Positions 18,559-26,972 of a stretch of DNA of 64,000 nt are shown here, one piece after another. Made by a program: the position numbers and the translations under genes. Position 1 is the stretch's first letter; every line of letters begins with the position of its first letter. The notes beneath the pieces were generated by a model. The model saw only the letters and a program-made list of their open reading frames with translations, was not told the DNA's origin and made no database searches. This DNA is from Mycobacterium phage prophiT37-1, in sequence record OQ417969.1; one strand, 5' to 3'.

Positions 18559-18865
18559 GTGGACCCCGGAGCAGCTAAAGCGTTGGCGCATACGCAAAGC
18601 GCAGAACGGCGAACAGACACCCTGGCAGCGCCGGGACTGGTCCGCACTGCCCGACGACGTCCTGACCGCATCGCCGCAATGGTGCATATGGCGGCCCTGG
18701 GAGCAACACCCCATCGCCTGCGTCGACACCCAGCAAGACGCCATACGGCACGTCATCCTCCAGTTGCAGAGTGCGTACCTACGCGCGGCTGAGCGGGAGG
18801 AACTGGAGCGACAGGGCATGGAGCTAGCACGCATCAACAACCGGCCGCGGGGGTTGGAGTCGTGA
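18548..18865 (+). CDS. hypothetical protein
   Basis: ORF. Confidence 0.4.
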   Translation: MHREWTPEQLKRWRIRKAQNGEQTPWQRRDWSALPDDVLTASPQWCIWRPWEQHPIACVDTQQDAIRHVILQLQSAYLRAAEREELERQGMELARINNRPRGLES

Positions 18866-19473
18866 GCGTGATTCTTGAGGCCCTGGCGCTATTTCTTGCG
18901 GCTAGTGGCGGATTCACCGCGTACCTGTTGACGCTCGGGCATCGCCGACGCGGCAACCAGATCCAGATCTCCGGCGACAATTCCGTCGCTATCCAGGCTG
19001 GCGGGACCATCACGGTGCAGGCCAGCCGCGGTAGCATCGCCGCCCACACCATCGTCGGCAACGTGAACGTCGGTGGTGAGCGCTGGGTCGGAGTCGAACC
19101 GAACCCGCTACGGCGTGCACTACTTGCCCGCTCCGGTCCAGGCCAGCCGCTGTACATGTTCGGCGAGGTCGACTCCTACGACGAGTTGCCCAGCATGGTC
19201 AACGCAGCCACCGACCACATCGGCAAGTGGTGGTGGGACCGCACTAGCGAGGTCGCATACCTCTGGCTCGGCCAGGGCTACAAGGTCCTAGGCGCACCCG
19301 AGATAGCCAAACCGACACGACCCGACACCTACCGAATATCTGAGTTCGCCGCACAATGCGCCTGCCCCCGTTGCGGATTCATCAACACCCACTACATCCA
19401 GCCATGCACACAGGACACCGGCTCTGTCACCCGGGAGTGCACGGAGTGTGGACAGACTTGGAGGCAGCAGTGA
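18862..19473 (+). CDS. membrane-anchored hypothetical protein
   Basis: N-terminal TM helix. Confidence 0.45.
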   Translation: MSVILEALALFLAASGGFTAYLLTLGHRRRGNQIQISGDNSVAIQAGGTITVQASRGSIAAHTIVGNVNVGGERWVGVEPNPLRRALLARSGPGQPLYMFGEVDSYDELPSMVNAATDHIGKWWWDRTSEVAYLWLGQGYKVLGAPEIAKPTRPDTYRISEFAAQCACPRCGFINTHYIQPCTQDTGSVTRECTECGQTWRQQ

Positions 19474-19922
19474 CCTATCAGACCGTTCGCCTGGACGATC
19501 CGACAACCCCAGTTGCGTTGCACCGCAACGGTAAGAAGTGGCCAATACCCTTCCGCCTGAATCTCGCACACGACGATTTCGTTCGCGCCAGGCTGACCGA
19601 CACCCTGCACCCCGGCGACATCCTGGACCTGCCCTTCAACGTCACCGGCACCATAGTGGAGATCGCCGTATGGCCGCCGAAAGCCCGCGACAACGACGGC
19701 CACTGGTTCGCACGCAAGACCCACCCATACCGAATCGACCTGCAATTCCACGCCTTCGACACCTGCCCCCAATGCGACACCCAGGCAGCACACCAGGTCG
19801 AGATACCCGAGTACGAGACGTGGTGGGACAGCCCGCTAACCGCCGAGTTCCCGCACCGCAGGTACGTCCTCCGCACCTGCATCACATGCCGCAACTCATG
19901 GGAACAGGGCGAGGCGCAGTGA
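19470..19922 (+). CDS. hypothetical protein
   Basis: GTGA overlap start. Confidence 0.4.
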   Translation: MTYQTVRLDDPTTPVALHRNGKKWPIPFRLNLAHDDFVRARLTDTLHPGDILDLPFNVTGTIVEIAVWPPKARDNDGHWFARKTHPYRIDLQFHAFDTCPQCDTQAAHQVEIPEYETWWDSPLTAEFPHRRYVLRTCITCRNSWEQGEAQ

Positions 19923-19924
19923 GC

Positions 19925-20974
19925 ATGAGTAACCCTGTGACGCAACGTGATCCGCACCGCTGCGCGTTCGGACACCGATGCGTAAACCACGACTGGTCAA
20001 CCGTCGTCGACGAAGATGACGCACCCTCCGGCCAACTCATTGCCGACGGTGTGATCTGCGGCGGCTGCCTAACCCGCCTGCGGTACGCCGTCAACGGCCT
20101 ACCCCGGGACTGGGACCGGCTCCACGAAGGCATCGGCGAACGCGTGTACGTCGACCGAGCACGCGTCACCATGACCTCTACCGCAGCCATCAACCTCAAC
20201 ACCCAACGCGACGCTCTCCAACGCGACATCGTCGAGACCGCCGACCGCGCAGCGGAAATGGTTGAACACGCGATGAACCTGACCGGCAGGCAGCGCCACG
20301 GCCGCCAGGGCTTCACCGTCCACCAACGTCAGGTAGTCGCCCGTTCCGTCGCCGTCGTCGGCGAAAACCTGGACGTACTCCTGGCTCAACCCGCCCAACC
20401 CATGCTCGTCTGGGGCCGAGTACCCGACGGCGACGAGGGCTGGCATCCCCAGCACGGACAACCCCGCCACCTCGTAGACCGCGACGGCGTCGACATCGCC
20501 CTCCAACTAATCGAGCTGTCCCGCAACGTCTACCAGGCCCTCGGACTACCCCGACTACGCCACCACTCCGCCATGCCCTGCCCCGCAGTCAAACGGGACG
20601 GCCAGCAGTGCGGCGCCTACACCGTCGGCCGCTGGGACGGCACCTCCCAATACGACTGCACCACCTGCGGCCGAACATATGGCGAACGGGAATACCCCTG
20701 GCTCCAGCGCGGCGTCATCGACCTCATGCGCGAACTCGAAGAACGGGAGAAAAACATGCAACTACTCGACCAACTCAAACACCTACTAGCCGAGGCATAC
20801 TGGCGCCTCGACGGCATCAACGACATGGTCCAGCGTGTCGCCGACGAGCCGCTGCTGGACGAGGCGGGCGCCGGACGACTGGTCGTCGACAAGGTGACCG
20901 CGATACTCAACGACGGGCTGGTACCGCACCAGACACCCGAGCAGCGGCAGACCACCCCGGCGGGCGGTAACTGA
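19925..20974 (+). CDS. hypothetical protein (349 aa)
   Basis: long ORF. Confidence 0.5.
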   Translation: MSNPVTQRDPHRCAFGHRCVNHDWSTVVDEDDAPSGQLIADGVICGGCLTRLRYAVNGLPRDWDRLHEGIGERVYVDRARVTMTSTAAINLNTQRDALQRDIVETADRAAEMVEHAMNLTGRQRHGRQGFTVHQRQVVARSVAVVGENLDVLLAQPAQPMLVWGRVPDGDEGWHPQHGQPRHLVDRDGVDIALQLIELSRNVYQALGLPRLRHHSAMPCPAVKRDGQQCGAYTVGRWDGTSQYDCTTCGRTYGEREYPWLQRGVIDLMRELEEREKNMQLLDQLKHLLAEAYWRLDGINDMVQRVADEPLLDEAGAGRLVVDKVTAILNDGLVPHQTPEQRQTTPAGGN

Positions 20975-21330
20975 TGGGCGTGCAGACGGTCGTCAGCACG
21001 ATCTACAAATGCGACCGGTGCGGGTCCGAGTCCACCAGCTCCCGGGACTATGAGCGCGGCGCCCACGCAGGCGCCAAGGGTGAGAAGTACTGGTGGTGCG
21101 CCGCCTGCTACACCGCCTTCCTCCGGTTCGCCGCTAACCAGGGCACCACGCAGGAGGTCTGGCTGGGGTACCAGGGCGACGGCCCCGCCCTCCAGGGAGG
21201 CTCCCGGCTGCAAGTGGTGTTCGGCGACGAGAGCACCGCCCAGGCGTGGTATTCAGGGCTGGAGCCGGGGTCGTGGGACTACCGCAGCATCACCCGGCAC
21301 AAGGTCGTCAGCGCGGGGCAGACCACGTGA
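20974..21330 (+). CDS. zinc-ribbon-like hypothetical protein
   Basis: CDRCG...CAAC. Confidence 0.45.
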   Translation: MGVQTVVSTIYKCDRCGSESTSSRDYERGAHAGAKGEKYWWCAACYTAFLRFAANQGTTQEVWLGYQGDGPALQGGSRLQVVFGDESTAQAWYSGLEPGSWDYRSITRHKVVSAGQTT

Positions 21331-21680
21331 CCGGCGCCGCGGTGGAGGACCTGCACGTTATGGAGACACGGGTCTACCGCCGGTACGCCGAGGCAGTCGC
21401 CGCCAGCATCCCCGCTATGCCGGACTTCTCCGACTGGCTGGACATGCTGTCCGCGCCAACCAAGTACACCGTCGACACCGCGCTGGTATGCCCCGACACC
21501 GTCACCGAGGTTCCGCAGTTCCCGCCCGAACGCTGGATCACGTACCCAGCCCGGCGCCGCGTGTCGCTGATGCTGGCTGACGAAATGCTCAACCGCATCA
21601 ACGGCGGCAACACCGCGCACGACTGGCTCGCCATGGTTGGCATCCTGTTGACCTTCGGGGGACGGAGCCGCGAGGCATGA
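21327..21680 (+). CDS. hypothetical protein
   Basis: GTGA overlap (alternative ATG 21360). Confidence 0.4.
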   Translation: MTGAAVEDLHVMETRVYRRYAEAVAASIPAMPDFSDWLDMLSAPTKYTVDTALVCPDTVTEVPQFPPERWITYPARRRVSLMLADEMLNRINGGNTAHDWLAMVGILLTFGGRSREA

Positions 21681-21764
21681 AACCGCGTACCCCGCACCTG
21701 CTTCCATGGAATCCAGAGACGGGACATACCAACGTGTGCCGCAGCCCAGCGATAGGGCACGACT

Positions 21765-22190
21765 ATGACTGATCAGAAGGTTTGGAAGTGGACCGGCGAC
21801 AGCCGCGAGGACAAGGCGAAACGCGTCGCCCTGTCCTATCGCCAGCTCCTTGAAGATGTCGCCGCCGGACGCATCACCGACCCCATGCAGGCCCTCATCG
21901 AACGCGACAGGTACTGGCAAGACCTCGGCGTCTACTGGTCGGTGCCATCCGTCGCCCCCATCGACCAGGAGGCGTGGTTGTCGGCCGCCGACCTCGTCAT
22001 CCACCTCGCCCACATCGTCCAACTCACCGAGCATCAGGTCCGCAACTGGGCGTACCGGCGACGAAAGGGACTGGGCGACGGCATAACCGAGCGTACCGGG
22101 CAGGAAGGCAAACCGGAATACAACGTCGCCGACGTCCTGGCCTACCTCACCCGCCAACGCGTCCGCCGACAGGGAGGCACCAGCGCATGA
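21765..22190 (+). CDS. hypothetical protein
   Basis: ORF. Confidence 0.45.
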   Translation: MTDQKVWKWTGDSREDKAKRVALSYRQLLEDVAAGRITDPMQALIERDRYWQDLGVYWSVPSVAPIDQEAWLSAADLVIHLAHIVQLTEHQVRNWAYRRRKGLGDGITERTGQEGKPEYNVADVLAYLTRQRVRRQGGTSA

Positions 22191-22531
22191 TCTGGGAACT
22201 ATGGGCAACCCCGTCCGGCCAGATCTTCTGGCAGCTCGACAACTGGGGTGGCTTCTACAAATGCGTACCCTCCACGAACGGCCGCGAGACAGTGGAGACG
22301 CTGCCCGCCGACGCCCGGCCACTGATCAACGACGGCAGGTGGATCACCGGCGTGATGGACGCCGCCGAGGACGAGGCCCAACGCCGCATCATGGAGCCCG
22401 ACTGGCCAACCCAACGTGTAGAACGCCCCTACGAGAAAGCCCAGCGCCTGCGGTTTGAGCGGTACATGGCAGAGGTCAAGAGCATGACCGCAGCGGCAAT
22501 CGCCGCACCCCAGAATGGCGGAACATCATGA
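22187..22531 (+). CDS. hypothetical protein
   Basis: ATGA overlap. Confidence 0.45.
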   Translation: MIWELWATPSGQIFWQLDNWGGFYKCVPSTNGRETVETLPADARPLINDGRWITGVMDAAEDEAQRRIMEPDWPTQRVERPYEKAQRLRFERYMAEVKSMTAAAIAAPQNGGTS

Positions 22532-22965
22532 CCGGCATCGCCTTCGTTGACGTGACCCTGGCATGGAAACGCATCGAGGATCGTTGGCACAAGGTCCGCT
22601 GGTTGTGGGTCGCCCACCACCGCGACGACATCGGCGGGACGTACACCCTGTTGCCGCGGACAACGGAGTACCGCCTCTGGGACCCGTCAACCAACACCAC
22701 CACCGAGGTCGTTAAACGCTGCTGGATCACTGAATACGTGCCCGGCTCGCGCGACTGGGACGCTATTCCGTCATCCCGGGACCTCTACTGCGGCAACGAC
22801 CTACGCGCCGCCCGCAAGGCCGCTGAGAAACACCACGCCGAGACCCGCCGCCGTTCCGCGTGGGAACGCTACATGCGGAACAACGACCCGCCAGCGCCGA
22901 CCACACCCGAGGAAGAGGCACGCTGGTACAGCCGAGTGATGGCAGTCCGAAGCATCCCTGGTTAG
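22528..22965 (+). CDS. hypothetical protein
   Basis: last gene of the rightward early block. Confidence 0.45.
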   Translation: MTGIAFVDVTLAWKRIEDRWHKVRWLWVAHHRDDIGGTYTLLPRTTEYRLWDPSTNTTTEVVKRCWITEYVPGSRDWDAIPSSRDLYCGNDLRAARKAAEKHHAETRRRSAWERYMRNNDPPAPTTPEEEARWYSRVMAVRSIPG

Positions 22966-23123
22966 TCCGTCCCGGGCATATCGTCTAGATCGTCCGAATA
23001 GTGCTCGGCGTAGTTGACCTCGTGACCGACCATCGCCGCCGCTTTCTCGGCCGCGGCGCATTCGTGGTCAGCGATAACGTAGATCTCTTCGCTGCCTGTA
23101 TCTACTACGTATACCGCGTCCAT
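22962..23123 (-). CDS. small acidic protein (53 aa)
   Basis: minus-strand ORF 5 nt downstream of the antitoxin-like gene. Confidence 0.3.
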   Translation of the reverse strand: MDAVYVVDTGSEEIYVIADHECAAAEKAAAMVGHEVNYAEHYSDDLDDMPGTD

Positions 23124-23127
23124 CTGG

Positions 23128-23331
23128 CTAGCCTTTCTCTGCCTGGATGTTTCGCCGTTCGACCTCGGCTAGGGTTTCGGCTGCGAGCTTGTCGGCCGCT
23201 TCGTTGGTCAGCCGGACTCCGTCGCCGACAAGGAACTCTTCCTTGTCGAGGTCGATGTCGTCGACGACCAGGTCATCGCCGAAGGTGAGGCGCTTGAGGT
23301 CGGCTTCGCTGTGACTGCTCATGAGGGTCAT
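23128..23331 (-). CDS. antitoxin candidate (BrnA-like)
   Basis: acidic N-terminus then VRLTNEAADKLAAETLAEVERR, RHH-like; ATGA-coupled to the upstream toxin-like gene. Confidence 0.35.
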   Translation of the reverse strand: MTLMSSHSEADLKRLTFGDDLVVDDIDLDKEEFLVGDGVRLTNEAADKLAAETLAEVERRNIQAEKG

Positions 23332-23579
23332 TGTGCCCCTCCTTTCCGGTACTTGGTGGGCATGGCGTGGATGCATACCCAGGTCCAGTCCTGGGTGGCG
23401 TGTGGGACCAGGATCAGCTCCAGCTCTACACCGGTGTCGTCGGTGCCTATGAAGTAGAGGCGCCAGATGCCGTCGCGGTTGTCGACGAGCAGCGGCATAC
23501 CGGCGTTGCGGAGTGCTGCCATGACGCGGCGCTTGTTGGCGCGCATCCGCGCTTTCGCTGTGAGTGTCACTCTTGCCAT
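23328..23579 (-). CDS. BrnT/RelE-fold toxin-like protein
   Basis: RLYFIGTDDTGVELELILVPHATQDWTWVCIHAMPTKYRK resembles the BrnT family core. Confidence 0.4.
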   Translation of the reverse strand: MARVTLTAKARMRANKRRVMAALRNAGMPLLVDNRDGIWRLYFIGTDDTGVELELILVPHATQDWTWVCIHAMPTKYRKGGAQ

Positions 23580-23589
23580 GACTCAGAAT

Positions 23590-23605
23590 GTATAGCGCAC
23601 TATAC
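23590..23605. promoter_or_regulatory. dyad operator-like site GTATAGCGCACTATAC
   Basis: GTATA-N6-TATAC inverted repeat in the divergent intergenic region. Confidence 0.45.
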
Positions 23606-23637
23606 GAACGAACAAGCCGTAACGGCCTTGCTTATGT

Positions 23638-23653
23638 GTATAGCGCTGTATAC
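23638..23653. promoter_or_regulatory. dyad operator-like site GTATAGCGCTGTATAC
   Basis: same GTATA-N6-TATAC architecture, 11 nt upstream of the 23664 start codon. Confidence 0.45.
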
Positions 23654-23663
23654 GTTTTGAGTC

Positions 23664-23993
23664 ATGAAAAGCCTTTATGTAAAACGTATTGCCGTCATTG
23701 GCGCCGCCATAGCCGCCCTAACGGCACTCCCAACTGCCACCGCTTCCGCGTTCCCCGACCGTTGCCTGTACGCCGCGACAGACGCCAAGACCTGCCTGGG
23801 TGCCCGACCGGCACCCTTCACGCCAGCAGGCGGCGGCGGATACAAGCCCCCGGAGGACCCGGAATGCCCCGAGGGCCAGCACCATCCACCTACAGCTCCT
23901 GGCGCGGGCGAGACTGGAGGTAACAGCGCTGGTAGCGGGTCTGCCGGTAGCGGTGGGTCCTCGGCGAGTGGAGGGGCTGGTACCGGACGGTGA
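23664..23993 (+). CDS. small secreted Gly/Ser-rich protein
   Basis: signal peptide MKSLYVKRIAVIGAAIAALTALPTATASA; Gly/Ser-rich C-terminus. Confidence 0.5.
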   Translation: MKSLYVKRIAVIGAAIAALTALPTATASAFPDRCLYAATDAKTCLGARPAPFTPAGGGGYKPPEDPECPEGQHHPPTAPGAGETGGNSAGSGSAGSGGSSASGGAGTGR

Positions 23994-24047
23994 TGGTCGC
24001 GGCTACCGAGCGGCTATACAGCCAAGCCCCAATCCTGTTGCCGCACC

Positions 24048-24065
24048 GCTATACCGCGGTATAGC
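24048..24065. promoter_or_regulatory. 18-bp perfect palindrome GCTATACCGCGGTATAGC
   Basis: TATAC/GTATA arms in the opposite arrangement; half-site GCTATAC also at 24013-24019; upstream of the Y RNA array. Confidence 0.45.
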
Positions 24066-24096
24066 TTCGTTTACAGACAACAAAACAGCGGACGAC

Positions 24097-24210
24097 GTGA
24101 ACAGGATGCAGGTCGGTTATCTCGGGGTACGCCCCCGTAGTTCAAGTTAGAACGCCCCGAGCCAAGCGGGGAAATGGATCCAAACCCGCCCAGCGCCAAC
24201 CACGTTCACG
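24097..24210 (+). ncRNA. Y RNA-like unit 1 (divergent; no clear tRNA-like module)
   Basis: 5' motif GTGAACAGGATGCAGGTCGGTTATC pairs with 3' CACGTTCAC (24201-24209); internal CTCGGGG...CCCCGAG stem. Confidence 0.35.
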
Positions 24211-24248
24211 TCGTTCCCCAGACCACAACTACATAGACACCAGGTGGT

Positions 24249-24376
24249 GCGAGCAGGACGCAGGTCGGTTACCACTTGCTAATGGAGAGGTCGCGGGTTC
24301 GAGTCCCGCCAGCCAGCCCCCGGCTGTAGCTCAGTTGGCAGAGCGCTAAACCCCGGTCAGCACACACACGTTCGCC
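24249..24376 (+). ncRNA. Y RNA-like (YrlA-type) unit 2 with tRNA-like module
   Basis: 5' GCGAGCAGGACGCAGGTCGGTTACC; T-arm GCGGG-TTCGAGT-CCCGC; 3' acceptor CAGCCAG, 3-nt loop, 5' acceptor CCGGCTG; D-arm TA-GCTC-AGTTGGCA-GAGC; 3' motif CCGGTCAGCACACACACGTTCGC. Confidence 0.55.
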
Positions 24377-24407
24377 CCATCACCAACACAACTCCATACA
24401 TAACAAG

Positions 24408-24538
24408 GTGTGAACAGGACTTCGTTCGGTTATCTCCTTTCCTGAGAGAGACGCGGGTTCGAATCCCGCCAGCCGCGAAAGTGGTTGTAGCTCAGTGGCC
24501 TAGAGCGCTAAAACCCGGACGACACCCACACGCTCACA
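24408..24538 (+). ncRNA. Y RNA-like unit 3 with tRNA-like module
   Basis: T-arm GCGGG-TTCGAAT-CCCGC; CAGCCGC-GAAA-GTGGTTG acceptor hairpin (7 bp including 2 G-U); D-arm GCTC-AGTGGCCTA-GAGC; end motifs GTGAAC / GCTCAC. Confidence 0.55.
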
Positions 24539-24574
24539 CCACCTCAAACACCAGCAGACGCAGGCGCGCAGGCG

Positions 24575-24708
24575 GTGTGGACAGGACGCAGGTCGGTTAC
24601 CAAAACAGTCAGGTGTGGGTTCGAGCCCCACCACCTCGCTCGCGGGGTGTAGCCCAATTGGTAGAGGCAATTGTCCATATACGCCGGTCAGCACTCCACA
24701 CGCCCACA
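24575..24708 (+). ncRNA. Y RNA-like unit 4 with tRNA-like module
   Basis: T-arm GTGGG-TTCGAGC-CCCAC; CACCTCG-CTCG-CGGGGTG acceptor hairpin (7/7 pairs); D-arm with AATTGGTAGA loop; end motifs GTGGAC / GCCCAC. Confidence 0.55.
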
Positions 24709-24740
24709 CCACCTACGCGCACGCACGACAGACAACCCGA

Positions 24741-24857
24741 TGTGAACAGGACGCTCGGTCGGTTATCACTCAATTGGTTAATGCAGGTTCAAGCCCTGTC
24801 GCCCGCACCCAGTGCGGGTGTAAAAGCGAAATCCCGGTCAGCACACACACGTTCACA
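24741..24857 (+). ncRNA. Y RNA-like unit 5 with partial tRNA-like module
   Basis: T-arm GCAGG-TTCAAGC-CCTGT; CGCCCGC...GCGGGTG acceptor pairing; degenerate D-arm; end motifs GTGAAC / GTTCAC pair perfectly. Confidence 0.5.
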
Positions 24858-24883
24858 TCACCCGCCCAATAGCCCCCGCGGGT

Positions 24884-24961
24884 GGCACGAGCAGGATCGC
24901 AGTCGGTTACCCCACCCCTCGCAAGGATGACGAACCCCGGCCGCCCTTCACACGTTCGCGC
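24884..24961 (+). ncRNA. Y RNA-like unit 6 (stem only, no tRNA-like module) or rsr leader
   Basis: 5' ACGAGCAGGATCGCAGTCGGTTACC and 3' CCGGCCGCCCTTCACACGTTCGCG can pair; ends 16 nt before the rsr AAGGAG RBS. Confidence 0.3.
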
Positions 24962-24990
24962 CGCCCGCACCTCTAACAAGGAGATGCACG

Positions 24991-26718
24991 GTGGACGTTC
25001 TCACCACTATCGGAACCCGTAAGACGCCGCAGTCGCAGCAGGCGGACCCCCGGCAGGTGAAGAACTCCGCCGGTGGCTACACCTTCACCATCGACGACGA
25101 GGCCCTGCTGCACCGCTTCCTCACCCTCGGCACCGACGGCGGCACCTACTACACCAACGCCGCCGAACTCACCAGGGACACAGCGGCCGTCGTGCTCCGC
25201 GCAGCAGCGGCCGACCCGGTCCGCCTCGTCCAGCACATCGTCGAGGTGTCCGTGGATGGACGCGCACCTCGGCAGAACCCGGCCCTGTTCGCCCTCGCCA
25301 TCGCCGCAGCAGCAGAGGACGTCGACGGCCGCCGCGCCGCCGCCGCAGCCCTGCCCACGGTCGCCCGTACCGGCACCCAGCTCTACACGTTCGTCAAGTA
25401 CATGGAGCAGTTCCGCGGGTGGGGCCGCGCCATGCAGCGCGCCGTCGGTGGCTGGTACCTCGACAAGCCCGTCGACCGCCTCGCCTACCAGCTGGTCAAG
25501 TACCGGCAGCGCGAAGGTTGGATGCACCGAGACCTCCTACGCCTGTCCGGCCCGACCACCGCGGACCCGGCCCGCCGCCTCGCCTTCAACTGGGCGGTCG
25601 GCAAGGGCCTGAACGACTACATTGGCAAGGTCCAGCCCCTCACCGCCGAGCAGTTGAAGGCAGGGGAGCGCAACGCCTCCCGGCCCAAGCTGCCTAACGT
25701 CGAGCTGGCGGTTGACCACCCCCTGGCGATCATCGAGGACTTCGAGGACGCCCAGCGCGCCACCCAGCCCAAGGAATGGGTGAGCATCATTCGACGCGGT
25801 AACGGTCTTCCCTGGGAAGCGCTGCCCGACGTCGCGCTCAACTTCACGGCCGTGTGGGAAGCGCTGATTGAGCACGGGTTGCCGCAGACGGCTTTGATGC
25901 GCCAACTGCCTCGTTTGACCCGGCATGGAGTCCTGCATGGTGAATATCTGGACCGTGTCGTAGCTCAGCTCCAGGACGCCGACCGTCTACGCAAGGGCCG
26001 CGTCCACCCGGTCAACGTCCTGATCGCGCAGCGCACCTACGCGTCCGGGCGGTCGGCGCGCGGCGACTCCACCTGGACGCCGGAACGCAAGGTCGTGGAC
26101 GCCCTGGACGCCGCGTTCTACAACGCCTACGGAGCGGTAGAGCCGTCGGGCGAGCCGTCGGGCAAGCGCACCTTGCTGGCGCTGGATGTGTCCGGCTCTA
26201 TGGGCGCCGCTATCTCGGGTATGCCGCTGACATGCCGCGAGGCCGCAGCCGCACTCGCACTCGTCACCGCCAACGTCGAGCCGGACCACGAGGTCGTCGG
26301 CTTCACTGACGGCCGTCAGGCCGCGCGCTCGGGCTACGGCTACCGGTCCCAGCACCTCATCACCCCGCTGGACATCACGCCGCGCCGCCGCCTCGACGAC
26401 GTGTGCCGGTACACCGCCGGACTCAGCTTCGGCGCCACCGACTGCGCACTCCCGATGCTGTGGGCACAGCAGTCCAAGCGCGAGTTCGACACGTTCGTGG
26501 TCATCACCGACAACGAGACCTGGTTCGGCGACGTCCACCCGAACCAGGCGCTCCGCGACTACCGCAACAAGATGGGCATCAACGCCCGCCTGATCGTTGT
26601 CGGCATGACGGCAACCCGCTTCACCATCGCCGACCCCGCCGACCCCGGCCAGCTCGACGTATCCGGTTTTGACACGGCGGTACCACAGTTGATCTCGGAC
26701 TTCTCGGCCGGACTGTAG
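24991..26718 (+). CDS. rsr: Ro60 ortholog (Rsr): TROVE domain plus C-terminal vWA domain
   Basis: N-terminus GGYTFTIDDEALLHRFLTLGTDGGTYY...PALFALAIAAA aligns with the Ro60 TROVE signature LHRFL.(F/L)G.(E/D)GGTYY...P.LFALAI; vWA MIDAS LLALDVSGSMG near 26150-26180; AAGGAG RBS. Confidence 0.9.
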   Translation: MDVLTTIGTRKTPQSQQADPRQVKNSAGGYTFTIDDEALLHRFLTLGTDGGTYYTNAAELTRDTAAVVLRAAAADPVRLVQHIVEVSVDGRAPRQNPALFALAIAAAAEDVDGRRAAAAALPTVARTGTQLYTFVKYMEQFRGWGRAMQRAVGGWYLDKPVDRLAYQLVKYRQREGWMHRDLLRLSGPTTADPARRLAFNWAVGKGLNDYIGKVQPLTAEQLKAGERNASRPKLPNVELAVDHPLAIIEDFEDAQRATQPKEWVSIIRRGNGLPWEALPDVALNFTAVWEALIEHGLPQTALMRQLPRLTRHGVLHGEYLDRVVAQLQDADRLRKGRVHPVNVLIAQRTYASGRSARGDSTWTPERKVVDALDAAFYNAYGAVEPSGEPSGKRTLLALDVSGSMGAAISGMPLTCREAAAALALVTANVEPDHEVVGFTDGRQAARSGYGYRSQHLITPLDITPRRRLDDVCRYTAGLSFGATDCALPMLWAQQSKREFDTFVVITDNETWFGDVHPNQALRDYRNKMGINARLIVVGMTATRFTIADPADPGQLDVSGFDTAVPQLISDFSAGL

Positions 26719-26724
26719 GAACGC

Positions 26725-26955
26725 GTGGACCCAAGGGCACAGCAGGCGCGGGAGCATCACCGGTTGCAGCGTGATGCCTCCCGCGTCGGCGAACAACACC
26801 GGTACGAACGGGACCGGCTAGTTCGCGAGTTATGGGCCACCGAACGAGAGAAGTGGACCTACGCCACTCTGGCCGCAGCGGTGACGTGCAGCCCGGGACT
26901 GATCCAGAAGATTCTCGACGGCCGCACCCCAACCGCCCAACACGTCACCAGGTAA
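26725..26955 (+). CDS. small HTH protein, candidate regulator of the island
   Basis: TYATLAAAVTCSPGLIQKILDGR is HTH-like; 6 nt downstream of rsr. Confidence 0.45.
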   Translation: MDPRAQQAREHHRLQRDASRVGEQHRYERDRLVRELWATEREKWTYATLAAAVTCSPGLIQKILDGRTPTAQHVTR

Positions 26956-26972
26956 GGAAGGCAGACGCCGCA

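Noticed and set aside
24240-24960. Cluster of ordinary tRNA genes (T-loop GGTTCGAATCC and D-arm TAGCTCAGTTGG elements are conspicuous)
   Set aside because: No unit has an anticodon stem-loop between the D-arm and T-arm. The element order is T-arm, acceptor-3', acceptor-5', D-arm, with the two acceptor strands complementary across a 3-7 nt loop. The units share conserved paired end motifs. This fits Y RNA-like tRNA mimics next to a Ro60 gene, not tRNAs.
24097-24965. CRISPR array or simple tandem repeat
   Set aside because: Units are about 115-135 nt, diverged and of unequal length. They have internal tRNA-like structure and no alternating repeat/spacer pattern. No cas genes are present.
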